Assembly (NCBI RefSeq): GCF_011386835.1
Contig: NC_088812.1
Location: 372,001 to 436,000 of the forward strand
Source of the DNA: Chrysemys picta bellii
Lineage: Eukaryota
Length of the DNA: 64,000 nucleotides
Reading direction: 5' to 3'
Shown: positions 9,826 through 21,844 of the stretch, piece by piece
Layout of the letters: every line of letters starts with the position of its first letter
Position numbering within the stretch: the first letter of the stretch is position 1
Program-made: the position numbers and the translations under genes
The notes under the pieces: model-generated
The model's database searches: none
What the model saw: the letters and a program-made list of their open reading frames with translations, nothing else
What the model was told of the DNA's origin: nothing

Positions 9826-12529
9826 AAACATTGTATTGGCCACATATTTTTACAATCTTATAAATAAATAAAAATGTTTGTCCCACAAAAATGTATGGCA
9901 TCTTCAGGATTGGTTTCTAATTTTCAGGCAGTACGTTTTAAAAAATCCTCTCCCCTCCCCCCCCAAATCCATCACTAAAGAGAAATATAGAATGCAGGAG
10001 ACCATCCCCTCTGGACTCTAATAGCTAGATCTTCAAGAGTACCCAGCACCTACACTCGGGACTCGGTATTCACATAATATCAGCACATTGGGGGCTGAGA
10101 GCATGCCCCGAGTGTCACTTGCACCATCAGCAAGATTTTCCAAAGAGTGTGTGTGTGTGTGTGTTCTCAATGGTGCAGGACATGCACGCTGTTGTTCTCA
10201 GGGATGCGTGTGTGGATGTGCCCTGCTGCTCTCAAGAGGAGCTGTTGGATGCCGAGTACTTTTGACAATCTACAATAAGAGTTTGGGAGGAGGTCAGATT
10301 TGGGTCTGAACAGCCAGCCTGTGCCTCCTGGGTGCATGCCAGATCCATCCCCATCAGGGGGACGCGGTGCTAAACCAGTTAAAATAGCGAGAGCTCCAGA
10401 GACTTGGGATTTTTTCCCTGGACGTTATCATCACATAAATCTATGGCTACCCTTCAAAGGCTTCCCCGCGATAACGCCAAGGTAGAGGAGTGCACGTGGG
10501 TAATAAATACGCTATCTGGCGCATCGGATCCGGGCGCTAGGCCGAGCCAGGGCGGTACTAGGTACCTTAGCCGAGTGCACTGTCTCCCCACCCATCAGGG
10601 TGAGCTGCTCAGGTTTCTTAAACCCTTAATTTGCCCTCTCCCTTCACCAGCCCCTTGTTCTTTTATCTTCCTTTGGGCAGGCTCCTGGGGCAGAGCTCAC
10701 CCAGAGCCCGCTGCGGGGGTGTGAGAGGTGCCAGCTAGTCACATAGGTGACATTTGTAAGGGCTTAAGTGGGGCCTAGGCCGCAAGCTGGGCCCTGCCCA
10801 GGGGTAGGGGTGGGCCTAGGGCCTGGTGCTGGGGCCTGCCGGACTGAGACAGGCCTGATGGTGGGCCCTCTCCAAGGGCAAGGGGTGGGAGCTAGGACTT
10901 CTGTTGGGGCCTGCGTGGCCTCCCGCTGGGCCCTGGTCAGTTTTACCCCATGTGAGCACTAGGGGTGTCGCAGTCATGAGAGAACTGGAGTGTCCAACAA
11001 AGAAGGGCCATAAGATTCCCTCCTCAGAGATGCTCTGTGCCCCTCATCTGGGGACACGAAGGAGCCCTGCTTTGGAAAGGGGCGCTATGGGCACAGGCAG
11101 GGGTGACGAGAGGGTGGGGAAGCCAGTACAAATTACTGGGGCCCAGCGGTCCAGAAGGGGGCCTGGGGCCTGGCTTCCCCGGCTTCCCCCTACTCTCGTC
11201 AGCCCTGTTTAGCCAGTCTGCCCTTGCTGGGGGGCCCGAAAAATTGTTTTCACCGCGGCCCGAACCCGCTCTCGGCAGCCCTGTGTACAGCATTGGGGGA
11301 AATGGGCTGTGTGATTTCTAGGCAGTCTGCAAAGATAGAAGGGAAGAGTTGATTTTCCAGCCTTGCAAAACTCACTACCTAGGGGATCTGAGAGGCAAGT
11401 GGGGACAGTAGGCAGCCCTGGTCACGCACCCTCCAATAATAAAGGTTCTGTGGGCCAAATCAGCCCCTCAGCAACACCTGTGCAGGCACCTCGCACTCAG
11501 CAGAGTGTCACAATTCAGTTATCTGCAATAGGTGTGACAGAGGACAGAGCCTGCCCGAGCAACTGACTGACTGACTAACAATTCTGATGATGTATGAGCC
11601 AGGCTAGAATCCAGAGGCCTGATTCTTGGCCCCTCACACCTCATGCATTCACTTTCTGCAGTGTAAAGGGAGTGTAAAAAGTTACTCTCCCAGTATGGTA
11701 GCGGTCTACACTCACGTCCTTGCACTGGGGTAAATCACAGTACCCGATGCAGGGTAATGGAGAATCAGGCTCTGTGCTTTACAGATTTTACATCATATCT
11801 GAGACTGGGAAGTCTCTGGGGCCCAGCCTGGTCTATGTTATTTGTTTGTACAATGGGGCCCTTAGGTGTTACTGCAATAGAAATAAACCGTAGTTGTGAT
11901 TCAAACGCAGGTGCCAGGAGAGCCCTAACCCTGCGTGGCCTGGCTCTGTCCCAGACTCTGCCGTTAGACAATCGTTTCCTGCTGCATCTCGCTGCTTAAG
12001 CAGGATTCTTTACTATGGCAGCAACAACCTCTGCCAACAGGAGCTGCCTCCCGACCAGGCGCTCACCAAGCCACCCACTTGCCAATATGGAAGAAGATGG
12101 GCAGATATTCTTGTGGCCTGGGAGAGGGAAGTGAGAGCAGGGGAAGCCGCTGAATTTGATGGGGGAATATCAGTGCTGGGCTGGTCTGGGAAAAGCGGCA
12201 GCTCACAGAAACACAGCCCTGTTCCTCTCCCTGGCCTCCTGAGCTCTTTTACTGCCAGTATGTTGGAGTCCAGCAGTTCGGTGCGTGGGAAGTCTAACCA
12301 TCACCTGGGAGCAGCAGCTTTGACGAGGGCTTGTCTACACAGACATCCAGGAAAATTAATCTAAATTAACTAATGGTGTGAATTTGAAGTGGCTTAGTTA
12401 AACCACATTGAATCCCTGTGTGGATGCTGTTATTCAGAATGAAACTGGCCTTAATTTGGTTTAGCGGAGTGAAGTGAGTTAAGATCACTTTAACTCTGAA
12501 CACCAGCATCCACACAGGTTTAATTGTAT

Positions 12530-12653
12530 TTTTTACTTCATACATCTGAAGAAGTGGGCTGTAACCCACGAAAGCTTATGCCCAAATAAATTTGTTAGTC
12601 TCTAAGGAAGGTGCCACAAGGACTCCTCTTTTTTTTTTTCTTTTTTTTTTTTG
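12530..12653 (+). mobile_element. Penelope-like element 3'/pLTR fragment containing a minimal hammerhead ribozyme motif
   Basis: CATCTGAAGAAGTGGGCTGTAACCCACGAAAGCTTATG (12543-12580), followed by AAATAAATTTGTTAGTCTCTAAGG..TGCCACAAGGACTCCT and a T-tract. I recognise this as the abundant reptile Penelope terminus. Confidence 0.75.
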
Positions 12654-13145
12654 CTAATCCACTTCAGTTTAACACCTTTAGTTAATTTGCAACAATTTTC
12701 CACTATGTGACCTGGCTTGATTTATTTGTATGTATTTATTTTTGCCAGGTCTGTACCCCCTGGAGAATTCCTCCCACATACACTTTAAACACTGCCCTAA
12801 TGCTTCTGCCGCTGCTGGGGGCATGAATCAGGGTTCTTGGAAGCAGTACCTCCTGCCTCAGGTTTCTCCTGAAGTGTTACTCACTCAGACTTGCTCTGTT
12901 TGGGTTTTGTCTGTGCTCTCCCCCGCTTTAATCTCGATGTTTTCTCTTACGTTTCTCTCTCTTCTGCCTCCAGCTCTTCTTACCCCAATTTCTTGCCCCT
13001 CCCACTGCCTCTGCTTTTTCCTTCATCCTTCCCCCCTTTCCTTTCACCAGACTCCCCATGAGGGGACCCTAGAAGTGATTACAGATAAGCATTCATTGCA
13101 TTTCAGCAGCATAACCCTCCAGAGCTCTGTGCATGGTTGCAGAGT

Positions 13146-13300
13146 CCAGGGCTGGAATAACAGGAGAGCTGTGGGTCAGGATTGAGGGGCATCTGAAGAG
13201 TTGAGGGAGGAGCCCAAGGCTGGAATAACAGGGGACTGTAGGTCAGGATTCAGGGGCAGTGGAACAGCTGTGCGTGGGAAGCGCAGGACTGGAATAGTGG
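13146..13300 (+). repeat. ~68-bp tandem repeat, ~2.3 copies
   Basis: The CCAGGGCTGGAATAACAGG...GGTCAGGATTGAGGGGCA unit starts at 13146, 13214 and ~13283. Confidence 0.7.
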
Positions 13301-13938
13301 AGCAAAGTGGAGCCATTCGGAATCTGCGGAAGGGCAATTTGCAAAGGGCCTGCCTTCTTTATGTCTAGTTGTAGCAAGAGCTGGTCTTTCCTGAGTACCA
13401 ACCCCACCGACAACAGCAAAATGGTGCAAGGCACTTGCTTGAGCTCAGCCCAGCCCAGCCCAGTTCTGAGCAAGCTCAGAAAAGGCAGCTGCTAGGATCC
13501 TCTTTAGGGCTAAGCTACTAGGCCATCACTAGCCTTTAAGGGCACCCTTATCATTGGTGCATAAAAGCAGGAGAAATCATTTGCAGTAAGTAACATGAAT
13601 TGGGTTCATCAGAGCTTGTTACCATCGTTGGCACCTTGGGAGACTGAGCCTCATGAGAGAGGGCGGCTACTCACCCCACTTTCTAGCCCCTGGTAGATTT
13701 TGGGTTCAGACTCACTAGGAGCTGAACCAGTTCCCCCAGCTGAACTGCTGCCTCTGCTCCTGCAAACGAGCTGCCTGTATGATCCATTCCTGAGCAGGGC
13801 TGCCCGAGCGCTGCTCTGCCAGCAACCATGGACCTATTCCCGGCTACACCTGTGTACGCACATTTACATTGTTCAAACGGCATCCAGTAGGGGGTTGTGC
13901 TGCTTCAGCTAATCCAGGATAGACAAAGCAGCACTTAC

Positions 13939-14056
13939 CTGCCTGGGCCGCCCCCAGCACATGGCGTCCCAATGTCAGCTGGGACCTTTCAGCACTACCG
14001 TAATACCCATCCTGAAAATGATTCTCAATAAAGGTCATCCAGTTGTACCATAAAGC
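13939..14056 (-). CDS. Candidate upstream (start-codon) exon of the LMX1-like gene
   Basis: Acceptor TTCTTACAG|, ATG at 14038-14036, frame MTFIENHFQDGYYGSAERSQLTLGRHVLGAAQA(G), and a strong donor CAG|GTAAGT in phase 1, matching the phase-1 acceptor of the 9579 exon. There is no homology support. Confidence 0.35.
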
Positions 14057-14191
14057 CTGTAAGAACGTAGCCACTTAATAATGGCTCTAGAGAGTGGCAA
14101 TGAAGTATGATCGCATGGTTTGTCCCGTGACCTTTGTTGCCTGAACTCACTGTCTCTGATGCTGCACGAAGCACTATGCGAGCAGACCCCT

Positions 14192-14335
14192 CCGTGCTTA
14201 ATTTGTAATGAAAGAGGTGCTGGGGCTCAAACCGTTTTTTTTACATTCATAACTGACACGGCAAGCCCAGAGGTAGGACTATGAACTGCCAAGCCTAGAG
14301 GTGCCGGGCTCAGCCCTGGCACAGATTAAGCACTG
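14192..14335. mobile_element. Short non-autonomous DNA transposon
   Basis: Termini CCGTGCTTAATTTG and CAGATTAAGCACTG are imperfect inverted repeats. No clear TSD. Confidence 0.55.
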
Positions 14336-15458
14336 GCACCCTGGTGTTGCATGACTGGGATGTGAGAGTATAAACTCTCAGAGCCGGGGCCCACGCTGTA
14401 TGGAAGGGGTCTAGAACACAGTGGGGGCTGCTGCTGTAATCCAATTCATTAATAATGGTCCCTCCCCATCCAAGTCATTGTTGCTAACACTCCCCTGCTA
14501 GCACTGTCATCACAAGTAAGTAAATTCAGTCGGGGCACATTCACTCCAGGTTGCAGGGGCTGAACCCGAACAGCTGGAAAGAATTTGGGGGGGGGGGCTA
14601 TGATTTGGGGGGGGCTATGATTTGGGGAGAGGAGCTCATTTTTTGAATGATCAAATAAGTTTAAAAAGAAAATCTTTAAAATTGTTTGCTTTATGTTTGT
14701 CTAACTGGAAGACACCTTTTTCTTATTCAAAACACTCGACCTGCTCAGAAGAGAGGACCTGATGCCCCTTTAGAAGAAAAACAAATGAAATGCAGCCACA
14801 AAGCTCTCTGTTCTTACCTCTGGGCTGCTGGATCTGCTACTGCCAGTCATGTAGGATGGAGCGGCAGCACTTCAGTACCAGACCAATTGCAAGAGCGCAG
14901 TGAAACTGCACTATGCACACCGAGAAGCATGAAGGCCTCAATTCAGCAGAGCTCTAAAGCGCATGCTTAATGTAGGCATATGCTTAAGTTCCATCTGACT
15001 TCCGTGAGACCTAAGCATGTGCCAAAGAGTTAAGCATGTGCATAACTATATTGCTGAATAGGGATGGACTTAAGCAGGTGCCTAAAATTAAGTACATGCT
15101 TTGTTGAATCAGGGCCCAATGCTGCTTATCCCTAAATATTCAAAGAGACGCCGAAGGGACTGGAGATAGCCTAGACAACACTCTGCAGGAGCAGGTCAGG
15201 CTCAGGTCTAAACCTACACGAACAAGGAAGGTCCATTTAAAGCAGAAAGGGTGAGGCTGGGGTGCTAGTTTTGGTGCTTGTGCAGCAAGAGTCAGGATGG
15301 GGTGTCAGGGGAGATTCCCTCTTGTGTTGTGGAGGGGCATGTGCCAGGCTCTTAGCCACACTCACCTGTCACTAGGGCTGGGGGATCTTGTTTTGCCTAG
15401 CTTGGAACCGACAGACACTGTGGATTTGAAAGCTTGACTCAAACACAGAGGACAGTAG

Positions 15459-15696
15459 GGGCTTGTCTTCACTGCAGAATTAGCTCAAGAGTTGCCCCTA
15501 CCTTGAGTCCTGTCCACACACAAAACCCCCTTAACTCAATGTGGCACGACTTTAACTCAGATTGGCTGTCCTGTCAGCTCCGCACCTGCTAATCACACAG
15601 TTCCACTGTCAGATTGCTGTGTGGCTGCTCTCACTCATGCTAGGCTAGGAGCAGAATTAACTCAGGTTTAGATAAGTCTAAAGTGAAGATGTACCC
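15459..15696. mobile_element. PIF/Harbinger-type MITE
   Basis: Inverted termini GGGCTTGTCTTCACT and AGTGAAGATGTACCC. Confidence 0.55.
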
Positions 15697-16177
15697 AAGG
15701 GTTCATGTCCCACTTAGGGGGGAGAAAGAAAAGTTTTCATGGGGGGGAAAGCTGCCAGGGTTAGATTCCCAAGGGCTCGGCACCCACAGCGGGGGACAGA
15801 TTTTCAAGAGAGCTCATTTCCCACCAAGGCACCTAAATAAAGATCAGATTTTTCTAGCTCCAGAAGTGTCCAGGTTGGGTTTCTCGGAAAATGTGGCCCA
15901 TGGTCTTTGTCTAGAACTGGTTGAAAAAAAATGGATTTTTTTGTTCCCATGGAAATATTTGACTTTTCATCAAAACTCCAAAAACTGTTGGTGGTGGTGG
16001 TTGGTGTTTTTGTTTGTTTTGCTTGTTTTGACAAAAAGCAAAAGTTTTCTGTGGAAAGGAGACGCTGTCCACATACATTTTCATTTAGTCAAAAACCCAG
16101 TTTTCTGTCCAATAACGGTTTCAATGGAAGATTTCAAACCAGCTCTGTTTTCATCCCATTGGCTGTACAGTGTGTAA

Positions 16178-16398
16178 CAGGGGTTCTCAAACTGGAGGTC
16201 GGGACCCTTCAGGGGGTCACAAGGTTATTATATGTGGGGTCACGAGCTGTCAGCCTCCTCCCCAAACCCCACTTTGCATCCAGCATTTATAATGTTGTTA
16301 AATATATTTAAAAAAGTGTTTTTAATTTACAAGGGGGGTCGCACTCAGAGGTTTGCTATGTGAAAGGGGTCACCAGTACAGAAGTTTGAGAACCACTG
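16178..16398. mobile_element. hAT MITE, 221 bp (same family as 34502-34722, opposite orientation)
   Basis: TIRs CAGGGGTTCTCAAACT and AGTTTGAGAACCACTG. TSD GTGTGTAA / GTGTGTCA (7/8). Confidence 0.88.
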
Positions 16399-17202
16399 GT
16401 GTGTCACTTTCTGTGGTTGGGTTTTGCGGTGACTGCAACACCTTACAAAAAGCATAAGCTTCCCCGTTAGGGGATTTGGGGGGGATTCTTTAATACTTAG
16501 CTTTTGGGGGGAGGGAGTAGGAACAGATATTTAAATGGAGAACAAAGGTATGTGAACTTGAGCTAGCTCTGAGAACTAAAGAGTCACAAAACTTCAGATG
16601 CTGCGAGGTTCCCCCTCCTTGTTCAAAACACACTCGACGTTATATTATTAAATGACCAAGTGAGCCTGTTGCCAAGGATTACGCCACGTGGAATGCCACA
16701 TAGCCCTGCCCATGGCCAGCCTGTATTGTGATTCACTGACACTGGAGGGCACGGTCGGTAATTCACACCTGGAGTTTTGTTAGGCACAAGGCCAAGCACC
16801 CAGCAATAACTTAAGAAAACGTAGAGAGAACAATCCAATCGCGGGATGGAGGATAAACAATGCGAAGGATGTAAGTGGGAATGCTGCTTGTCTGTAGAAT
16901 ATCTAATCCCTGGTAGAGTCACAACCTCCTCAGAAGGGGCTGGACTTGAAACTGGAAGTAAACAAGCCTCTGACATTTTGGATCCTATGGACTGCAAGGC
17001 TTTAAAATTAAAGGTTAGAAAAATGCAGCAGTTTGAGTTTAAAAACACGAGATTTTAGAAATCTTGTTCCTGTTCCGAGGGGGGCACTGGTGAGATGGCT
17101 AATGAGTTCCAATCAGAAAAATGTGCAGCATTAATTTAAAGGGCAAACTGCTTTCAAGAGTCCCATTGCAATGCAAGTTTGTTGATTCCTTACCAAATTA
17201 AT

Positions 17203-17580
17203 TCATAGATTCTAAGGCCAGAAGGGACGTGGTCATCTGGTCTCACCTTCTGTGTAACAGGCCACAGGAGTTTCCTGTATTATTTCCTGCTTAAGGTCCA
17301 ATCACTGGGCTTGACCTAGAGTAGATCTTTTAGAAAAATCCCATCTCAATTTAAAGATGGCCAGTGAGGGAAAGACCCCCACAACCCTTGGCAAGTTGCT
17401 CCAATGGTTAATGACCCTCACTGTTAAAAGTGTGCCCCTGGTTTCATCTGAATGTGTCTAGCCCCAACTTCCAGCCATTAGTTCTGGTTACAACCAGAGT
17501 GAAGCGCCTTCTCTGCCCTCCAGTAGATACTTGTCCACTCGGATCAAGTCACCCCTTAACCTGTTCTTTGCTAAGCTGCC
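17203..17580 (-). mobile_element. Old CR1 LINE 3' fragment
   Basis: Begins TCATAGATTCTAAGGCCAGAAGGGAC, the reverse complement of a CR1 3' end with an (AATCTATG)-type tail. Confidence 0.7.
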
Positions 17581-18099
17581 TAGAGGAGTCTATCCAGAGG
17601 CAGCATTAGCTCCTTTGGGGCCCACAGCAGGAATATTTTGGGGCTTCCCTTGCCCCTCCCCCACACCGTAACAAATATGAATTGCATTCTTTCCACAAAC
17701 CACCAAATCCACCAACACAAGCCAGGGACATTTGTTAAACACTGCACATTACACAGCGAGCTGTATTGGGGGGGGAAATACTAAATCCCCGGCCTGGGGC
17801 TGCTTGGAGCTCAGACATCGCTTAGGTTAGTGAGCCGCATGCTACTGCCATCACAGCTCTGCCACTGGCCGCTTTTCTAACCCTTTCCTCACTCTCCTGT
17901 CCCGTCCCCGAGCCCGCTCCCATTTATCAGTGTGGAAAACGCTCATGCCCCACACCCGGACTCACACCAAACTAACCGGCTGTGTGAACTCAAAGCCATG
18001 TAGTGTGTAGACAAGCAGCGACGCTGGAACGAGGGGGGCTGCCGCACCCCCAGGCCTGGAGCAGTGACAACAAACACCGAATCCATCAGCAGCACCGTG

Positions 18100-21000
18100 T
18101 AGACAAGCCCCGGCTCTATGCTACAGCTCTGGGTTGAGAGGGGGACGCCGGACAGACAGCAGTGATGGGGTGTGACCCAGCCAGCCCACTCCCTACGGGG
18201 GGAGGGTCTGTCTCTCGGCTGCCCCAGGACAGACGGACACTCACCGAAGCCCAGCACCGGGGTGGCCTGCTGCAAGCAGGATGGTGCCTCCTCTGTCTTC
18301 ATGCTCCAGCCGGGCTGGGGGGAACCTGGTGGGGGAGAGGATGGGTTAGTACCGGCGGGGGATGGGGGCCGGCAGGGGTTGCCTGGGCCTGGGGAGGGGG
18401 TCAGGTAACCGGCGGGCAGGGAAGGAAGATCCTCGGAGCTGGAGGAGAGGGGGTTTCTCAGCGGAACCTCCCGGGATGGGAGCTGAGCTGGGGGGGGGGG
18501 AGAGACACCCCCAGGAAAGGAGACCGCGGAGCCCAGCCCCGGAGTCCTGGGCCGCCCCAACCTTCCCCGGCCTTTGCAACAGAGCAACCCGTCCCACTGC
18601 CCCCCTCATGTCCCCCATCTGTCCATCCCCACAGCGCCTCCTGTTCCCCGTCTGTCCCCCACAGCTCACCGTGTCCCCCTGTCCGTCCGCCCCTTCTCCC
18701 ACCGCACAAATTAACCCACGAATCTTTACGTTATTCTGGACAATAAAGAACCTCCCCCGCCACCATTATCGACCTCCGGGATCCTCGAGCCGTGTGGGGG
18801 AAGAGCCCCCAGAGGTTACCCCGGCTCAGCCCCCGCCCCCCGGAGATAGCGGAGTAACCGGGGTGGGTTATGGAGCCGGGATGGGGCAGATTGGGGGGCG
18901 GGGGGAAAGATGGGGTGGCTGATGGGGTAGGTTACAGGGGCAAGTTATGGGGCAAGATGGGTTCGTTATGGGGCGGATAACGGGGGAATAAGATGGGCTA
19001 AATGTGGGGTGGGGAATGGGGCGGATAACGGGGTCGGACGTGGGGCGGATAACGGGCTCGGATGTGGGGTTCTCTGCCCCCAGCCCTGGGAAGGGGAGAA
19101 ACCCACCCCCCGTTTGCGCCTGTTGCTTTAACCCCCGGGCCGAGGTGGGTTTTTACCCGCCCCGATCCCGGGCGGGCAGCGCCCCGCAGGCATCTCCTTC
19201 CCCCGCCGGGTCTCGCTGGGGTCGGCTCGATGCCCGCGGTTCTGGTTCGCGACCCGCCCGGCGCCGCTGGGTCCAGCGAGCCCCGCGGAGCCGCTTGGAT
19301 GGAAACACAACGAATTCTCCATCCCTGCGCCCCGGAGCCGCTCGCCCCGGCCGGCCCCGGCCGGGCAAATTCCCCGCAGCCCCCCGGCCGCCCCCCGGCC
19401 CCCAGCCCCGCTCCCGCGGGGCGCATTCACCTGCAGCGCGTCCTTCCCTTCGGCCCCGCAGCCGCCGCTCGCCGGACAACGGGGCCGCGGAATCGGAACC
19501 AACGAAATTTCGCTTGTGTTTCGGGCTCGTTGCCCCAATCCCCGGCGCTTTGGGGTCCTTCGTGCGGAGCTTCCCGGGCCCGCGGGGTTCGCTTTGCGCC
19601 GCAGTAATTCCGGGGCGAGCGCCGGGCTCCCCGCGCTAGCGAGCCCGCCCGGTTCCAGCGGCCGAACCCCCGGTTCGGTCCCGGCTCGGCTCCGTTCGTT
19701 CGTTTCTTTGGGACTTGCCCGCAGACGGGGGCGGGTCGCTGCCTGTTGGAGGGGGCTCTGGCTGCGCGGCGGGTCCGGGTCCCGCATGCGAGCCCGGCTT
19801 TGTCCCCGCTCTCCGGGCGCGGGGGCCCCCCGAGCGCTAATAGCGGGGGGTGAGAGCCTGGCTCCCCCCACGGCCAGGGGAGTTTCTGTTCTTGGCTTCC
19901 GTGGAGCCGGGAGTTCGGGGCTGCTCCGCCCGCGCGGCACCCGGTTCTCCTGCGGGGCAGCACCCCCGCCCCCCAGCAGAGATTTCTCCCCCCGGCTCCG
20001 CGGAGAGCCCAGAACCTGCCTGGGATGGAGGGGCAGAGCACGCGGCTGGCTAGCGCCCCTCACCGCTGGGGCGGGGCGGGGGTTGCAGCCTTTGGGGATT
20101 TTCAATCCCCAATAAGTGCCAGGGACGCCCACGCAGCGCCAGGGAAATTGGGGGACGGATGAACCCGGCCAGGAGGGGAGCTGGGTCCCAGGGTCTCCAT
20201 ACACCATGGATAAGTTGGTACCTCGGAGCTGAGACCCCCGCCCCATGGGTGCCCCCCCGGCCCGTGCACCCATCCCCGGGCGCAGCGACGCGGGCAGGAG
20301 AACAGACAAAAATCTCGACACCTACCAGGCGTGGCGGGTGGGCCAGCACAGGCTGCGATGCCAGAGCCAGAGACTTCCCCGGCCGCTCCAGCTGCTAACG
20401 GGGGGCGGGGGGCTCCTATTGTCTGAGGCCAGGATCCGGGGGAGAAAGTCGCGCTGCTGCTCCCAGGCACAACAAGTCCATGCCCAGCGCCCGGCTCAGG
20501 CTGCCAGGGCTTCCCCGGGCCCCGTCCGCCTCCGCCTCGCCCCCACCCCCCGAGCGAGCGAGCTTAGGAGGCCAGCGCCTGGGTCCCCGGCGAGCCTCGC
20601 CCACCCGCCTCTGCAGCCCCCGGGGCCCGGGCTCCGCAGGGGGCAACAGGGAGACCCGAATTCGAGGAGTTTTTAAAGGGCTGTTCCGGGGCGGGGCGTT
20701 TCCTATCGGCCCGAGGGGATCGATCACACGCATCAATTCGAAGTGAAGCCAGCTCCGGTGTCTCCGAGCCGGAGCAAGCGGGGTTCATGGCGGGAGACCC
20801 GAGCGCGGATCTGCTCCGGGGCGGGCAGGAGGGTGAAGGGTCCGCGGTGGAAGTGGGGCTCTGGCCAGGCCCAGCGGGAGAAGCCCGGGGTCGGGTTATA
20901 CGGACCGGCAGTCAGGCTATAGAGACCGGGGCAGGCCCAGACCAGGCGTTTGGTTGCCTGTTCCAGGGGAAAGGCGCGGGGAGTCCCGGACCAGGGGCCG

Positions 21001-21700
21001 CGCTGCGGTCCCAGTCGGATTGTGGGGTCACCGCGATGCCACTGCCCCAGCTCCTGCCAGGCGTTATAGTGCGACAGGGCCATATCCCGGCCCAGGGGGG
21101 GGGTCACCCGCAGCGAGCAGGCAGTGGAGCGGGCCGGGCCCAGGGGTAAGAGCCGGGACCTGTGGAGAGTCCGGCCAGCGGGGGGGAGGGGTCTGAGTGT
21201 CTGTGGCAGACTCCACGCGAGACCGCGAGGCAGTGACCGGTCAGCTCAGGGCACAGACGTGGCTGGCTGTCACCGAGCTGCTGGCGGGGCAAAGGGCAGG
21301 ATCCCGCCCCCCCGGAATGGATAGGGCCCGAGCACAGCGACCGGGCGGTTTGCGACGGTCGTTACAGGCCGGATCCGCTGGGCTCGGGTTAATTCGATTT
21401 GTGTAACAAACCGAAGCTGGGTAAAGCGTGAAAGTGCCCCAAACCGAATCTACACTCACCCCCCACCCCATTAACTGCCCCAAACCGGATCTATTCTTCA
21501 CAGGGCAGAGACCCGAACCGACCGGGAACCGACCCCGCAGCGGGTCCAGGGACTCCCTCCTTTGGGGGAGGGTCGGAGCTGGGACGGGCGGGGGGACCGG
21601 GGCAGCCCGGCAAGCGGGGTCAGGGGCGCCCAGGGACGCGTCCCGCCGCCTTGGCTCCGGGGTGTTTAAGGCGCAGCCACATTCATCCCCACGGTCCGTT
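18100..21700. promoter_or_regulatory. Large CpG island, probable promoter region of the LMX1-like gene
   Basis: Very high GC with unsuppressed CpG over ~3.6 kb, lying upstream of the LIM exon on the minus strand. GC box at 20688-20697, TTTAAAAA (minus) at 20670-20677, and a minus-strand donor |GTAGGT at 20325-20320. Confidence 0.7.
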
Positions 21701-21844
21701 CATCGCAATTAGCAGCCCAGGCCCGGCTGGGCTCAGACCCGAACTGGAGGAGGGCGGGGGGCTGCGGACCCTTTGGGGCTGCAGGGGGCAACGCCCCGCC
21801 CTGATGCCTGGGCTGGGGGGCTGAGCAGTGAAGGCGGGAGGCGA

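Noticed and set aside
10701-10737. LMX1-like exon 1 ending ...RALG|, which mimics LMX1B LLG|SD
   Set aside because: There is an in-frame TAG at 10737-10735 and no ATG before the donor.
19128-20321. 397-aa and other long overlapping ORFs in the CpG island
   Set aside because: They are Pro/Gly/Arg/Ala-rich in all frames, as expected from stop-codon scarcity at very high GC, and show no domain motifs.
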